Numbered from the stretch's first letter, positions 9,059 through 18,805 are shown. The stretch: 64,000 nt of DNA from Gemmatimonadota bacterium (GCA_036475815.1 JAZGAL010000132.1:15794-79793); one strand, 5' to 3'. Program-made: numbers and translations. The notes: generated by a model from the sequence alone, not told the origin.

Positions 9059-10921
9059 TCACGAGATCGCCCTCCCCCTGGCGAAGATCGCAGCCAGCAA
9101 CAGCAGGCCACCCAGCCACACCAGGCTCGCGAGCGGCCTGCTCGCCACGCTGCACATGATGCCTTCTTCGGAACCCGTGCGACCGGTGATCCCAACGATG
9201 ACGTCGCTGAACACGCCTCGCTTCAAGGCCGGCGTCCGGAACTGGCGGCGCGTCGCAAGGTTGTAGGTCAAGGCCGCGGTCACGAGCTCCGGTGCCGTGC
9301 CCAGCCCGGACAGCGTGAAACTGGCCACTCGTTTGTCCAGCTCGCCAACTTGATAATGTGAGAGGCCCAGGTAAGTCACCCGAACCTCGCTTGCCAGTCC
9401 GCCGCGCGTTGTGATGGAATCGCCGGGGTCCAGTGGTACAGTCCTGACTTCCGCCAGCGTCTCCGCCGACAGGCCCACCACGAGGATCGCCACCCCCAGA
9501 TGACCGAGCGCCGAAGACCACCGGCGCCCGGCGCGGGCGCGAGCCACAGCTCTTTCGTTAGGCCGATGCTCAGAGCTCGCCTCGCCCCACGACCGGCGGG
9601 CCGCGCGCAAACGCACCAGATCAGCGGCGAAGCCAACGAAGATGGCAACGGCAAGCCCCACGGTGATGGCAAGCTCCGGAAGCCGCCAGCCGCTCAGTGC
9701 GTACACTCCCACCGCGCTGGCGACCGCCAGGACCGTTGCCAACGGCCACACCCTTTTCCAGCTGCCGGCCGGGCGAGAAGTCGACCATGCGGCGGCTGCG
9801 GCCAGGCCCAGCATGACCACCGGCCAGGTGATGCTCGCCCAGGCGGGTCCTTTGACCCGCGCCCACACGGCCACCATGCCGGCGAACCCCAGCGACAGCA
9901 GCCCTCCCTGAAACGCCACTGCTCCGAAGCCAGGCACGCGCCTGAGCCACTCCACGCCCCGCTCGCGCCGCGTCATACCGCTCAGCGCGCCCGAGACGAC
10001 CCCCACGGCGAAACCTCCGGCCCAGAGGGTCGCCGGCGGCACCTCTCCCATTCCGACCAGCACAGCGGCTCCAGCACCCATCACCGCCGGAAAGAACGCC
10101 ACACTGAGAATCCGGCTCCAACGGGCAGCCCAGCCGGGAACGGCGCGACCGCCCGGGGCGTGCAGGCTGGCGACGGCGAGCAGCCACGCGGGAACGTGCA
10201 CGGCGACGTACGAGAGTCCCGTCACGTTGAGCAACCGCCCACTCGCCGCATAGGCACGCCAGGTCGCCGCCAGGATCGCGAGCGTGAGCAGACCGGCCGA
10301 AAGCGTGATCGCCGCGCGCTCGGTCTGCTGCCCCCGCCGAGTCTCCGCCAGTTGCTCACCCACAACACCGGCGAAGCTGAAAGCGCCGCAGGCAATCGCC
10401 AGATAGACGGCCAGCACTTCCACCTGCCACACCACATCTTTCACCGCCAGCGGCAGCCCCGATCCGACTTGAGCCGGCGCGTCGAGCTGCGCAAACGGAA
10501 CGGCGCGTGTCAACACCGTCGCCAGCCCCATGAGGGCGAGCACGGCCAGGGAGCCCGTTCGCGCCGAACCCTGCCGCGAGCGACCCAGCCTGTAGCTCAA
10601 CGCCGCGGCGCCGGCGATCAGAAAGGTGAAGACGAGGGCGCCGGCCGCCGGTCCACTCCACAGGGCGGCCAGCCTCCAAGCCCGCGGCTCCTGGAATCCA
10701 GAGAAAGCGGCGACGTAGGAGTACTTGAGTTGGACGGTGACAAGCGCGTAGGCCAGTCCAGCAAGGGAGATGAAGAGGACCGCGGCGGCCGAACGGGCCG
10801 CCCGTCCACCCATCGCGGCCAGGTCGCCCCGTCCCGTCCAGCCGCCCCCGATGGACGCGACCGCCGCAAGCACCAGCAGTGGCAGCGCCGCCCAGAGGCA
10901 AAGCTCGCCGAGCTCAGCCAC
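9059..10921 (-). CDS. CcmF/NrfE-like polytopic membrane protein (cytochrome c assembly family-like) with degenerate WWD region
   Basis: 620 aa and about 13 predicted TM segments. N-terminus MAELGELCLWAALPLL...GRGD, the YVAA...AWRLAALW segment and the C-terminal periplasmic region resemble CcmF as I recall it. The Trp-rich WGGWWFWDPVEN signature is not recognisable (SGRLLNVTGLSYVAVHVPAWLL instead). Confidence 0.55.
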   Translation of the reverse strand: MAELGELCLWAALPLLVLAAVASIGGGWTGRGDLAAMGGRAARSAAAVLFISLAGLAYALVTVQLKYSYVAAFSGFQEPRAWRLAALWSGPAAGALVFTFLIAGAAALSYRLGRSRQGSARTGSLAVLALMGLATVLTRAVPFAQLDAPAQVGSGLPLAVKDVVWQVEVLAVYLAIACGAFSFAGVVGEQLAETRRGQQTERAAITLSAGLLTLAILAATWRAYAASGRLLNVTGLSYVAVHVPAWLLAVASLHAPGGRAVPGWAARWSRILSVAFFPAVMGAGAAVLVGMGEVPPATLWAGGFAVGVVSGALSGMTRRERGVEWLRRVPGFGAVAFQGGLLSLGFAGMVAVWARVKGPAWASITWPVVMLGLAAAAAWSTSRPAGSWKRVWPLATVLAVASAVGVYALSGWRLPELAITVGLAVAIFVGFAADLVRLRAARRSWGEASSEHRPNERAVARARAGRRWSSALGHLGVAILVVGLSAETLAEVRTVPLDPGDSITTRGGLASEVRVTYLGLSHYQVGELDKRVASFTLSGLGTAPELVTAALTYNLATRRQFRTPALKRGVFSDVIVGITGRTGSEEGIMCSVASRPLASLVWLGGLLLLAAIFARGRAIS

Positions 10922-10951
10922 TGAAAACCTGTCCGAATCCCATGCCCTCCC

Positions 10952-11422
10952 TCACCCCTTCGCCTTCGTGGCCTCAGCCAGGGCCCACTCCACTGCCTCT
11001 TCCGCCGACTCGGCCTCCGGAACCGGAAGCGGCGGCAATTCCGACCTCAACATTATCAGAGGCACACCGTTCTTCAGACAGAACGCCGCCTCGGAAAGCG
11101 TCCCCCACCCACCGGCGATGGCAATCACCGCGTCCGACGCCCCCACCACAAGGGCGTTCCGGGCTTCACCCAAACCGGTAGGAATCGCGATCATGATCCC
11201 CGGATTCGCCGCTCCAGCGTCGCCGCCCGGCAGGATACCAACGGTGATTCCCCCCGCGTTCCGCGCGCCTTCCGCAGCCGCCTGCATCACCCCGCCGAGA
11301 CCGCCACACACCAGCGCAGCCCCGGCCCCGGCGACCAACTCACCGACGCGCCGGGCGATATCGGCGGTCCCTTCATCGCATTCGTGGCTCCCGATCACTC
11401 CGACTCGAAGAAGTTGGGCCAC
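10952..11422 (-). CDS. LOG/TIGR00725-family Rossmann-fold protein (lysine-decarboxylase-like; SLOG superfamily)
   Basis: GGxGxM (CGGLGGVMQA) and PGGxGTxxE (AGGWGTLSEA) motifs characteristic of LOG family proteins. 156 aa. Confidence 0.7.
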   Translation of the reverse strand: MAQLLRVGVIGSHECDEGTADIARRVGELVAGAGAALVCGGLGGVMQAAAEGARNAGGITVGILPGGDAGAANPGIMIAIPTGLGEARNALVVGASDAVIAIAGGWGTLSEAAFCLKNGVPLIMLRSELPPLPVPEAESAEEAVEWALAEATKAKG

Positions 11423-11431
11423 GGCGTCCTC

Positions 11432-12946
11432 CTATCCCGTCGGGGCCTCAGGCCCGCCGGCCTCGGCCCAGGCCGCTGCGGCGTGAATCGCGCGTCGCCA
11501 ACCGTCGAGCAGCCGGTCCCGTTCTTCCGCGGCCAAACCGGGCCTGAACTGTCGATCCAGAGCCTGCACGCCCCGAAGCTCCTCCGGGTCCGACCAGAAG
11601 CCTACCGACAGCCCCGCCAGTCCGGCCGCACCCATGGCGGTAGTCTCTACCAGTGCGGGCCGGCCCACCGGGACTCCGGCGATATCCGCCTGGAACTGCA
11701 TCAGCCAGTCGTTGGCCGCCGCGCCGCCGTCGGCGCGCAGCTCCCGCACCGGATGGCCCCAATCGGCAGCCATCGCTTGCATGAGATCGTTGGCCGAATA
11801 CGCCATGGCTTCCAGCGACGCTCGCACCAGATGTCTTCGCCCGCTACCCTGCGTCAGCCCCACCAGCGTCCCGCGCGCCTCCGGCAGCCAGTGGGGAGCG
11901 CCGAGCCCCACGAAGGCGGGCACGAAGTACACGCCGTCGTTCGAGTCCAGTGAACGGGCCAGCTCTTCGCTCTCCGCCACGCTCTCGATCAAGCCCAGCT
12001 CATCCCGCAGCCACTGAACAGCAGCGCCCGCGATGAAGACCGATCCCTCCAGCGCGTACGCCGCTTCGCCCCGCGGCCCGCAGGCGACCGTGGTGAGCAA
12101 GCCGTTCACCGACGGCACGACCTCGTCGCCCGTATGAACGAGCAGGAACGCGCCGGTCCCGTAGGTGCACTTCGCCAGCCCCGGCCCCCAGCACCCCTGC
12201 CCGTAGAGCGCCGCCTGCTGGTCGCCCATGGCCGCCGCGACCGGTGCCTCGAGACCGATCGCCGTGCCATCCGATGTCCCGAAAACACCGCCGGACGGCT
12301 GAACCGCCGGCAGGATCCGCTCGGGCACACCCAGAAGCCCGCAGAGATCGGGATCCCAGCGACGTTCGTCGATGCGGAAGAGCTGTGTGCGCGACGCGTT
12401 CGTCGGCTCGGTGGCATGAACGCGACCGCCGGTGAGCTTCCAGATCAGCCAGCTATCGATGGTGCCGGCCGCCAGCTCGCCGGCCTCGGCGCGGGCGCGG
12501 GCGCCCGGCACGTTGTCGAGCAGCCACGCCATCTTGGTGCCCGAGAAGTACGGATCGATCACAAGACCCGAGCGTTCGCGGATGAACTCGGCGTGCCCGG
12601 CTTCCTCGAGCGCCCGGCAGATCGGAGCCGTGCGGCGGCACTGCCACACGATCGCCCGATGAACCGGCTCTCCGCGCTCCCGGTCCCAGAGCACCACCGT
12701 CTCACGCTGATTGGTGATCCCGATCGCGGCAATGTCGGCGGGCGCGATGCCGCCGTCCTGCAACGCCGCGGTCACGGCCCCCTGGACTGATCGCCAGATC
12801 TCTTCCGGATCGTGCTCGACCCATCCCGGTTGCGGATAGAACTGCTCGATCTCCTGGTAGGCGCGGCCCACGACAGCGCTTTCATGGTCGACGGCCAGCA
12901 CCGTCGTCCCGGTCGTACCCTGGTCGATGGCGAGGATCACCGGCAC
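11432..12946 (-). CDS. glpK: glycerol kinase
   Basis: ILAIDQGTTGT..., GITNQRETVVLWD, FSGTKMAWLL FGGY-family signatures. 504 aa. Confidence 0.95.
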   Translation of the reverse strand: MPVILAIDQGTTGTTVLAVDHESAVVGRAYQEIEQFYPQPGWVEHDPEEIWRSVQGAVTAALQDGGIAPADIAAIGITNQRETVVLWDRERGEPVHRAIVWQCRRTAPICRALEEAGHAEFIRERSGLVIDPYFSGTKMAWLLDNVPGARARAEAGELAAGTIDSWLIWKLTGGRVHATEPTNASRTQLFRIDERRWDPDLCGLLGVPERILPAVQPSGGVFGTSDGTAIGLEAPVAAAMGDQQAALYGQGCWGPGLAKCTYGTGAFLLVHTGDEVVPSVNGLLTTVACGPRGEAAYALEGSVFIAGAAVQWLRDELGLIESVAESEELARSLDSNDGVYFVPAFVGLGAPHWLPEARGTLVGLTQGSGRRHLVRASLEAMAYSANDLMQAMAADWGHPVRELRADGGAAANDWLMQFQADIAGVPVGRPALVETTAMGAAGLAGLSVGFWSDPEELRGVQALDRQFRPGLAAEERDRLLDGWRRAIHAAAAWAEAGGPEAPTG

Positions 12947-12953
12947 AGCGCCC

Positions 12954-13376
12954 TCAACTCTTCTGGCCCCACTTGAAGGTCGTCACCTCGAGCGCCGGAT
13001 TGGCGGCCTGTAGGTTCGACAAGAATTCCTGAATGCCTTCCATGTTGGCGTACAGGTTGATCGAGCCTTTATCGTATTCGAGCGAGCAATAGCGACCAGC
13101 GCGCTTCACCCGTTTGATCTGTTGCGGGCTCAGAACCACACGCCCAAGCAGACTGCGGAATCCGATCGACCCGCTCTCTTCCACCCGAATCTCGACCGGT
13201 GCCTTCAGATGCCGATGCCACTCCCAGGTTAGAGCGAGCAGAACGGCCACAAAGAACCAACGCGGCTCGGCGAAGAAGAGGCCAAACATGGAAAAGACCG
13301 TCAACACGAACAGAAAACCAAGCGTGAAGAGGATCGTCGATTTTCTCGCCCTGTACACCTTCATCGCGATGGTCAT
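12954..13376 (-). CDS. small membrane protein with two N-terminal TM helices and a PH-like (bPH/YdbS-like) cytoplasmic domain
   Basis: Start placed at the internal Met (MTIAMKVYRARK...) because the 5' part of ORF 12954..13871 is Arg/Gly-rich junk overlapping mtnA. Two hydrophobic helices then a roughly 90-aa soluble domain. Local GC is visibly lower than the surroundings. Confidence 0.5.
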   Translation of the reverse strand: MTIAMKVYRARKSTILFTLGFLFVLTVFSMFGLFFAEPRWFFVAVLLALTWEWHRHLKAPVEIRVEESGSIGFRSLLGRVVLSPQQIKRVKRAGRYCSLEYDKGSINLYANMEGIQEFLSNLQAANPALEVTTFKWGQKS

Positions 13377-13426
13377 TCCCGGAGTCGCTGCGCGCCCGGC
13401 CAGCCTACTCGAGTGCTGCAGACCGG

Positions 13427-14485
13427 CTACCGGGCCCCCGAAGGAAGGTTCTCTCTCAGCTCCGACAACTCGTGCGGGTTGAAGATTCCCCTTTCGGTGA
13501 CGATCCCTTCGATCAACTCCGCCGGGGTCACATCGAAAGCCGGGCTGAAGACCGGAACTTCCTCGGGCACCGTCTGACGCCCGAACCCCCGGCGCACCTC
13601 GTCCGCCCCCCGTTCCTCTATCGGAATCTGACTGCCGGAAGCCAGCTCGAAATCGAACGACGAGGAGGGGGCCGCAACGTAGAACGGGATCGCGTGGTGG
13701 CGCGCGGCGACAGCCAGGCCGTAGGTCCCGATCTTGTTCGCCACATCCCCGTTGGCAACGATGCGATCGGCACCCACGATCACCAGATCGACATCCAACC
13801 GCTTCATGGCCTCTGCCGCCATACTGTCGGCCAGCACGGTCACGTCCACCCCCGCGCGGCTCAACTCCCACGCTGTGAGCCGACCCCCCTGCAGGAGCGG
13901 GCGCGTCTCTGTCGCCAGCACGCGGACATTCATCCCGCGCTCCCTGGCAAGATACACGGCCGCCAGGGCCGTTCCGATTCCTCCCGTGGCCAGCGCCCCG
14001 GTGTTGCAGTGGGTGAGCATCGTTATCCCGTCATGCAGCAGCTTCAGGCCGTTCTCTCCAATGCGCCGGCACATCTCGCGATCCTCTTCGAGTATCGCCG
14101 TCGCTTCGTTGCGCAGCGTCTGCCTGATTTCGGCGTTTGAAGCGTCACCCAGCCCTTCGGCCGCCGCAAGCAGGCGATCGATCGCCCACGCGAGGTTCAC
14201 GGCGGTCGGACGCGCCCCGCGGATGCGCCGCGCGTTCTCGCTGAGCCGAGCGCGGAACTCCGCTGCGGGAAGCTGGAGATCGGCCTTGAGAGAGGCCGCC
14301 AGTCCCATCGCGCCCGCAATCCCGATCGCCGGCGCGCCGCGGACCCGCAGGCTCTGGATCGCTTCCACGACGTCCTTCACCTCCACGATGTCGATCTCTT
14401 TGTACTCGCCGGGGAGCAGCGTCTGATCGATGATCCGCACGGCATCATCATGCCAGCGGACGGCGCGGGGAATCTCAATCGCCAC
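13427..14485 (-). CDS. mtnA: S-methyl-5-thioribose-1-phosphate isomerase (eIF-2B alpha/beta/delta family)
   Basis: N-terminus VRWHDDAVRIIDQTLLPGEY...VRGAPAIGIAGAMGLA is the MtnA signature. Confidence 0.9.
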   Translation of the reverse strand: MAIEIPRAVRWHDDAVRIIDQTLLPGEYKEIDIVEVKDVVEAIQSLRVRGAPAIGIAGAMGLAASLKADLQLPAAEFRARLSENARRIRGARPTAVNLAWAIDRLLAAAEGLGDASNAEIRQTLRNEATAILEEDREMCRRIGENGLKLLHDGITMLTHCNTGALATGGIGTALAAVYLARERGMNVRVLATETRPLLQGGRLTAWELSRAGVDVTVLADSMAAEAMKRLDVDLVIVGADRIVANGDVANKIGTYGLAVAARHHAIPFYVAAPSSSFDFELASGSQIPIEERGADEVRRGFGRQTVPEEVPVFSPAFDVTPAELIEGIVTERGIFNPHELSELRENLPSGAR

Positions 14486-14541
14486 TTTCAGAACTGTGGA
14501 AGTAGTCTGTCGATGGGAGACGACTAAATGTTAGAGCGTGG

Positions 14542-15138
14542 TCAGTCCAACGCGACCAACCGGCCAAAGGCGTATCGCCAGCCGTACCGGCGGAAGAGCT
14601 CGAGGAGCCGCTGGATGGGCAAGCCCATCACATTGAAGTAATCGCCCTCGATGCGCTCGACGATCGCCGCACCATAACCCTGGATGCCGTAGGCACCCGC
14701 CTTGTCCATAGGTTCGTGCGTGGCAACGTATTCCTCGCATTCTCGGGGGTCAAGCGAGCGAAACCAGACGCGGGTCGCTTCCACGGCGCTCTCCACACGG
14801 CCCGGCATCGCCAGCGCGACTCCTGTGTAGACGACATGCTCATCGCCCTGGAGCCGACTAAGCATCTCGACCGCTTCCTCCATGTCCGCAGGCTTACCAA
14901 GTATCCGACCACGATGCGCGACAAGCGTGTCGCAACCGATCGCCAACGCACCCGCCTCGAAAGCCGCTTCCGCTTTGAAACGGGCTAGCCGGTCTGCGGC
15001 CGCCTCAGGTGCCTCACCCGAAACGAGCGACTCGTCCGCGTGCGGCACTCGCACGTCAAAGCTCAGGCCGAGTCGCGAGAGAAGCTCAGCCCGGCGCGGT
15101 GAACGGGACGCCAAGATGAGTCTAGGAGCGCTTGCCAA
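14542..15138 (-). CDS. maf: Maf-like nucleoside triphosphate pyrophosphatase
   Basis: LILASRSPRRAELL...GCDTLV...AYGIQG motifs of the Maf/Ham1 family. 198 aa. Confidence 0.9.
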   Translation of the reverse strand: MASAPRLILASRSPRRAELLSRLGLSFDVRVPHADESLVSGEAPEAAADRLARFKAEAAFEAGALAIGCDTLVAHRGRILGKPADMEEAVEMLSRLQGDEHVVYTGVALAMPGRVESAVEATRVWFRSLDPRECEEYVATHEPMDKAGAYGIQGYGAAIVERIEGDYFNVMGLPIQRLLELFRRYGWRYAFGRLVALD

Positions 15139-15230
15139 GGTTGTCAGAGTGAACGACGAACATCCGCGCCCAATTGCCAGCTTACTTGATCATTCATCGA
15201 TCGGATCGCCAGGTCTCGGGTGCAGGTCAT

Positions 15231-16487
15231 TCAGAACTTTCTGATAAGTATATGGTCACTCGGCAGCCGGCCGAGGTCGATCGCCTTCAGCGCATGACCC
15301 AGCGAGACGACGTAACGATCGGAGCGTTCCTCAACGTCGGGGTACAGCGTTATCGACAGGTTGCTGAAGAAGTACTCTTCCGAGTTGATGTTGAGCTCGC
15401 GCACCCGGAGGACTTCGCCCCGCTCCGCGTCCAAGACCAGTTCACCGGCGACCAACACGGGATCACCCTGCGCCAGTAGCGCCGGAGTTACGGCGGCTTC
15501 GCCTTCCATGCCAGCCGGGTCGGTGGGTCCCACCCGCAGGAAGCCATAGCGATCCACCACGAACGCGTATCGCCCGGCACGCAAAGCTCCGATAGTTGCG
15601 GAATTGAGCACCGGACATCCCAGCCAGCTGCCACCCGCCTCGAGGAAATCTCTGTATCGGTGCTGGAGCGCCACCTCGCCTTCCCTGTCGGGGAACAGCG
15701 CGGCGGGTGCCTGTTCCTCCAGCCACGCGGCGAGGCGCGGACCCGGATCGAAACCGTAGACGTCCCTCACTTCGCCATCGAGCGTGAAGGCCCGGTTGCG
15801 TTCCAGCAGCGCGAGGTAACCCTGGCGGTCACGGATGACCGGCTCCGGCGGCTGGGCGTACAGGTCGAACATCGGTCCCAGCCCGTACGCGGTGGCGAGG
15901 GGTGGCCCCGACGTGGCCTGCCCACTATCCAGCGCCGCCAGGTACCGGGCCACCGCCCTGCTGTAGTCGGCCAGCGGACCACTCACCCGCTCGGTGATAT
16001 CAGCTACCTGCGAGCGCTCCGCCCAGAGCAGCCAGCGATGCTCCTGCACTGTGAACACCTGCACCAGGACGTTCTCGCCGACGATAGTGCCCTTCAGAAA
16101 GCGACCGGGATAGCCAGGCGGCATCTCGTGAGGCAGCGTGTCCGCTGGCTGGAGCTCCTCCAGCGCCACGCCGCCGGTCGGGATCCAGAGCCGGCGGGCC
16201 ACCGATCTCGAGCCTGCGGGGTCCGGAGCCAGCACCCGGAACGTCGTACGGACCAGATCCGTGGTGTCGGGAAATTCCGCAGACAGATCAAGCGGGCCCA
16301 GCACCCAATAGCCGGAATCGGTCGGCAGGTGCCGATTGAGCGCCGCCGCCGCGGCCTGCTGCCAGGCCGGCGGCCCGTCGTACGCTATAGCGTTTGGATC
16401 CCACGCGGTCTGCGACCAAGCGGCCGATGCGGCCGCCAGGGTGAGAACCGCGGGGATGCACCGTTGCAGGATTGCCGAAGACCTCAC
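15231..16487 (-). CDS. secreted hypothetical protein (signal peptide; no recognisable domain)
   Basis: N-terminal signal peptide MRSSAILQRCIPAVLTLAAASAAWSQ. 418 aa of non-repetitive, non-low-complexity sequence. The antisense ORFs are Arg-rich junk. Confidence 0.55.
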   Translation of the reverse strand: MRSSAILQRCIPAVLTLAAASAAWSQTAWDPNAIAYDGPPAWQQAAAAALNRHLPTDSGYWVLGPLDLSAEFPDTTDLVRTTFRVLAPDPAGSRSVARRLWIPTGGVALEELQPADTLPHEMPPGYPGRFLKGTIVGENVLVQVFTVQEHRWLLWAERSQVADITERVSGPLADYSRAVARYLAALDSGQATSGPPLATAYGLGPMFDLYAQPPEPVIRDRQGYLALLERNRAFTLDGEVRDVYGFDPGPRLAAWLEEQAPAALFPDREGEVALQHRYRDFLEAGGSWLGCPVLNSATIGALRAGRYAFVVDRYGFLRVGPTDPAGMEGEAAVTPALLAQGDPVLVAGELVLDAERGEVLRVRELNINSEEYFFSNLSITLYPDVEERSDRYVVSLGHALKAIDLGRLPSDHILIRKF

Positions 16488-16491
16488 CGAT

Positions 16492-16932
16492 CTAGTCCCT
16501 CTCGATGAAGAGTGTCACAGGTCCTTCATTCACCAGGTCGACTTCCATCAGGGCTCCGAATGATCCCGTGGCGACGGGGATCGCGCCCTCGCGGAGAAGT
16601 GCCACGAAGCGGTTGTAAAGCCGCTCTGCCTCTTCCGGCTCCGCGGCGTTAACGAACGAAGGCCTGCGGCCTTTGCGCACGTCCCCGTACAACGTGAACT
16701 GCGAGACTACCAGCAGCTCGCCGCCGATCTCGTCGATCGGCAGGTTCATCTTCCCTTCGCTGTCGGGAAAGAGCCTGAGGCCGCGCACTTTCTCCACCAT
16801 CCAGCGCAGCGTCTCCTCGCTATCGCCGGACGTGAAACCCACAAGCAGCAGGTAGCCCCGGCCGATAGAGCCCACCTGGTCCCCATCCACGCGGACCTCG
16901 GCCCGCGCTACCCGTTGGAGTACGACGCGCAT
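16492..16932 (-). CDS. dtd: D-aminoacyl-tRNA deacylase
   Basis: MRVVLQRV...GYLLLVGF...SQFTLY...GPVTL motifs. 146 aa, typical Dtd length. Confidence 0.92.
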   Translation of the reverse strand: MRVVLQRVARAEVRVDGDQVGSIGRGYLLLVGFTSGDSEETLRWMVEKVRGLRLFPDSEGKMNLPIDEIGGELLVVSQFTLYGDVRKGRRPSFVNAAEPEEAERLYNRFVALLREGAIPVATGSFGALMEVDLVNEGPVTLFIERD

Positions 16933-16969
16933 GGCTTTGGAAGTTGTGCGTAGTGCGGGAGGCGCGCAA

Positions 16970-18805
16970 CTACTCGACCGTCACGCTCTTCGCGAGGTTC
17001 CGGGGCTGATCGACGTCACAACCTCGCAGAACGGCGATATGGTAGGCAAGCAGCTGCAGAGGAATCACCGTGAGTATCGGCTGCAGCATCTCCGTCGTCG
17101 ACGGAACCGAGATCACATGGTCGGCGAGCTGGTGCAGCTCGCCGTTCCCGTCGGTCGTGATTGCGATAACCTGGCCGCCGCGCGCTTTCACCTCTTCGAT
17201 ATTCGACAGCACCTTCTGATAGACGCTATCGCGAGGCGCGATGCACACCACGGGCATATTCTCATCGATCAGGGCGATCGGTCCATGCTTCATCTCCGCC
17301 GCGGGGTAACCCTCCGCGTGTATGTAGCTGATCTCCTTCAGCTTCAGCGCGCCCTCGAGCGCGACCGGGAAGTTGTAGCCGCGACCCAGGTAGAGGAAGT
17401 TCCGGTGATGGTGGTACAGCTTCGCCATTTCCCGGATCTCGTCATTGCGGTCGAGGATCTCGGAGATCTGGTCCGGCAGCTTCTTCATCGCCGCCACCAG
17501 ATCGTGGCCGCGCTCCTGCGTCACACCGGTGCTGCGCCCGAAGTACATGCTGAACAACGCGAAGGCGGTAACCTGGGATGTGAACGCCTTCGTTGACGCG
17601 ACACCGATCTCGGGACCGGCGTGGATGTAGACGCCGCAATCTGATTCCCGTGCGATCGTCGAGCCGACCACGTTCACGATGCTGATACCTGAAGAACCGC
17701 GGCTCTTCGCCTCCCGCAGGGCCGCCAGCGTATCGGCGGTCTCCCCGGACTGCGAGATCGCGATGACCAGCGACCGCGGGTCCAGTACAGGGTTCCGGTA
17801 GCGAAACTCGGAGGCATACTCGGTCTCGACCGGGAGGCGCGCAAACTCCTCCAGCATGTACTCGCCGATCAACGCGGCATGCCAGGACGTGCCACAGGCC
17901 GTGAGCACGATGCGGTTGAAGTTCTCGATCTCCTGCCAGGGCAAACAACGCGAGAGCCCACCCAACCGGGCTCCGCCCTCTTCCTCCAGCAGCCTGCCGC
18001 GCATCGTATTGCGCACCGAATCCGGCTGCTCGAAGATCTCCTTCAGCATGTAGTGCGCGAAGCCGCCCTTCTCGATCGTCTCGAGGTCCCAGGTCACGCG
18101 GCTCACTTCCTTCTCGAGCGGGCGCCCTTTGAGATCGAGCGTGCGGTATCCCTCGCGGTCCATCACCGCCAGCTCGCCTTCACCGAGATACACGACGTCT
18201 CGTGTATGCTCGACAATCGCCGCCGCGTCCGAGGCGACGAAGTACGTGCCCCCCTCCCCCAGTCCCAGCAATAAGGGCGAACCGTTCCTGGCGGCAACCA
18301 GCTTGTTGGGATCCCGACTCGAGACAACGGCGATCCCGTACGTCCCCTCCACTTGAATCAGGGCCGCAGCGACCGCGTCCTCCAGGTTGCCCTCGTACAT
18401 CTCATCGATCAGGTGGGCTATGACCTCCGAGTCGGTCTCACTGCGAAAAACGTGGCCCAGCTCCATCAGCTTGCGTCGAAGGACTCCCGCATTCTCGATG
18501 ATGCCATTGTGTACGATCGCGATCTCTTCGCTGTCGTCGTGATGCGGGTGAGCGTTCGTTGTAGTCGGCGCGCCGTGAGTGGCCCAGCGCGTATGAGCGA
18601 CTCCGACCGTTCCGCTCGGAAGATTGCCCTCGATCGCTTTCACCAACTCGCCGATTTTGCCGGCCATCTTGCGGGTGTCGATGCTCCCGTTGCAGCACAC
18701 GCTGATGCCGGCGGAGTCGTAGCCGCGGTACTCGAGCCGGCGCAGACCCTCCAGCAGAAGCGGCGCAGCCTGAGAATCGCCTATGTACCCAACTATGCCA
18801 CACAT
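16970..18805 (-). CDS. glmS: glutamine--fructose-6-phosphate aminotransferase (isomerizing)
   Basis: MCGIVGY N-terminal nucleophile, two SIS domains, C-terminal KSVTVE. 611 aa. Confidence 0.97.
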   Translation of the reverse strand: MCGIVGYIGDSQAAPLLLEGLRRLEYRGYDSAGISVCCNGSIDTRKMAGKIGELVKAIEGNLPSGTVGVAHTRWATHGAPTTTNAHPHHDDSEEIAIVHNGIIENAGVLRRKLMELGHVFRSETDSEVIAHLIDEMYEGNLEDAVAAALIQVEGTYGIAVVSSRDPNKLVAARNGSPLLLGLGEGGTYFVASDAAAIVEHTRDVVYLGEGELAVMDREGYRTLDLKGRPLEKEVSRVTWDLETIEKGGFAHYMLKEIFEQPDSVRNTMRGRLLEEEGGARLGGLSRCLPWQEIENFNRIVLTACGTSWHAALIGEYMLEEFARLPVETEYASEFRYRNPVLDPRSLVIAISQSGETADTLAALREAKSRGSSGISIVNVVGSTIARESDCGVYIHAGPEIGVASTKAFTSQVTAFALFSMYFGRSTGVTQERGHDLVAAMKKLPDQISEILDRNDEIREMAKLYHHHRNFLYLGRGYNFPVALEGALKLKEISYIHAEGYPAAEMKHGPIALIDENMPVVCIAPRDSVYQKVLSNIEEVKARGGQVIAITTDGNGELHQLADHVISVPSTTEMLQPILTVIPLQLLAYHIAVLRGCDVDQPRNLAKSVTVE

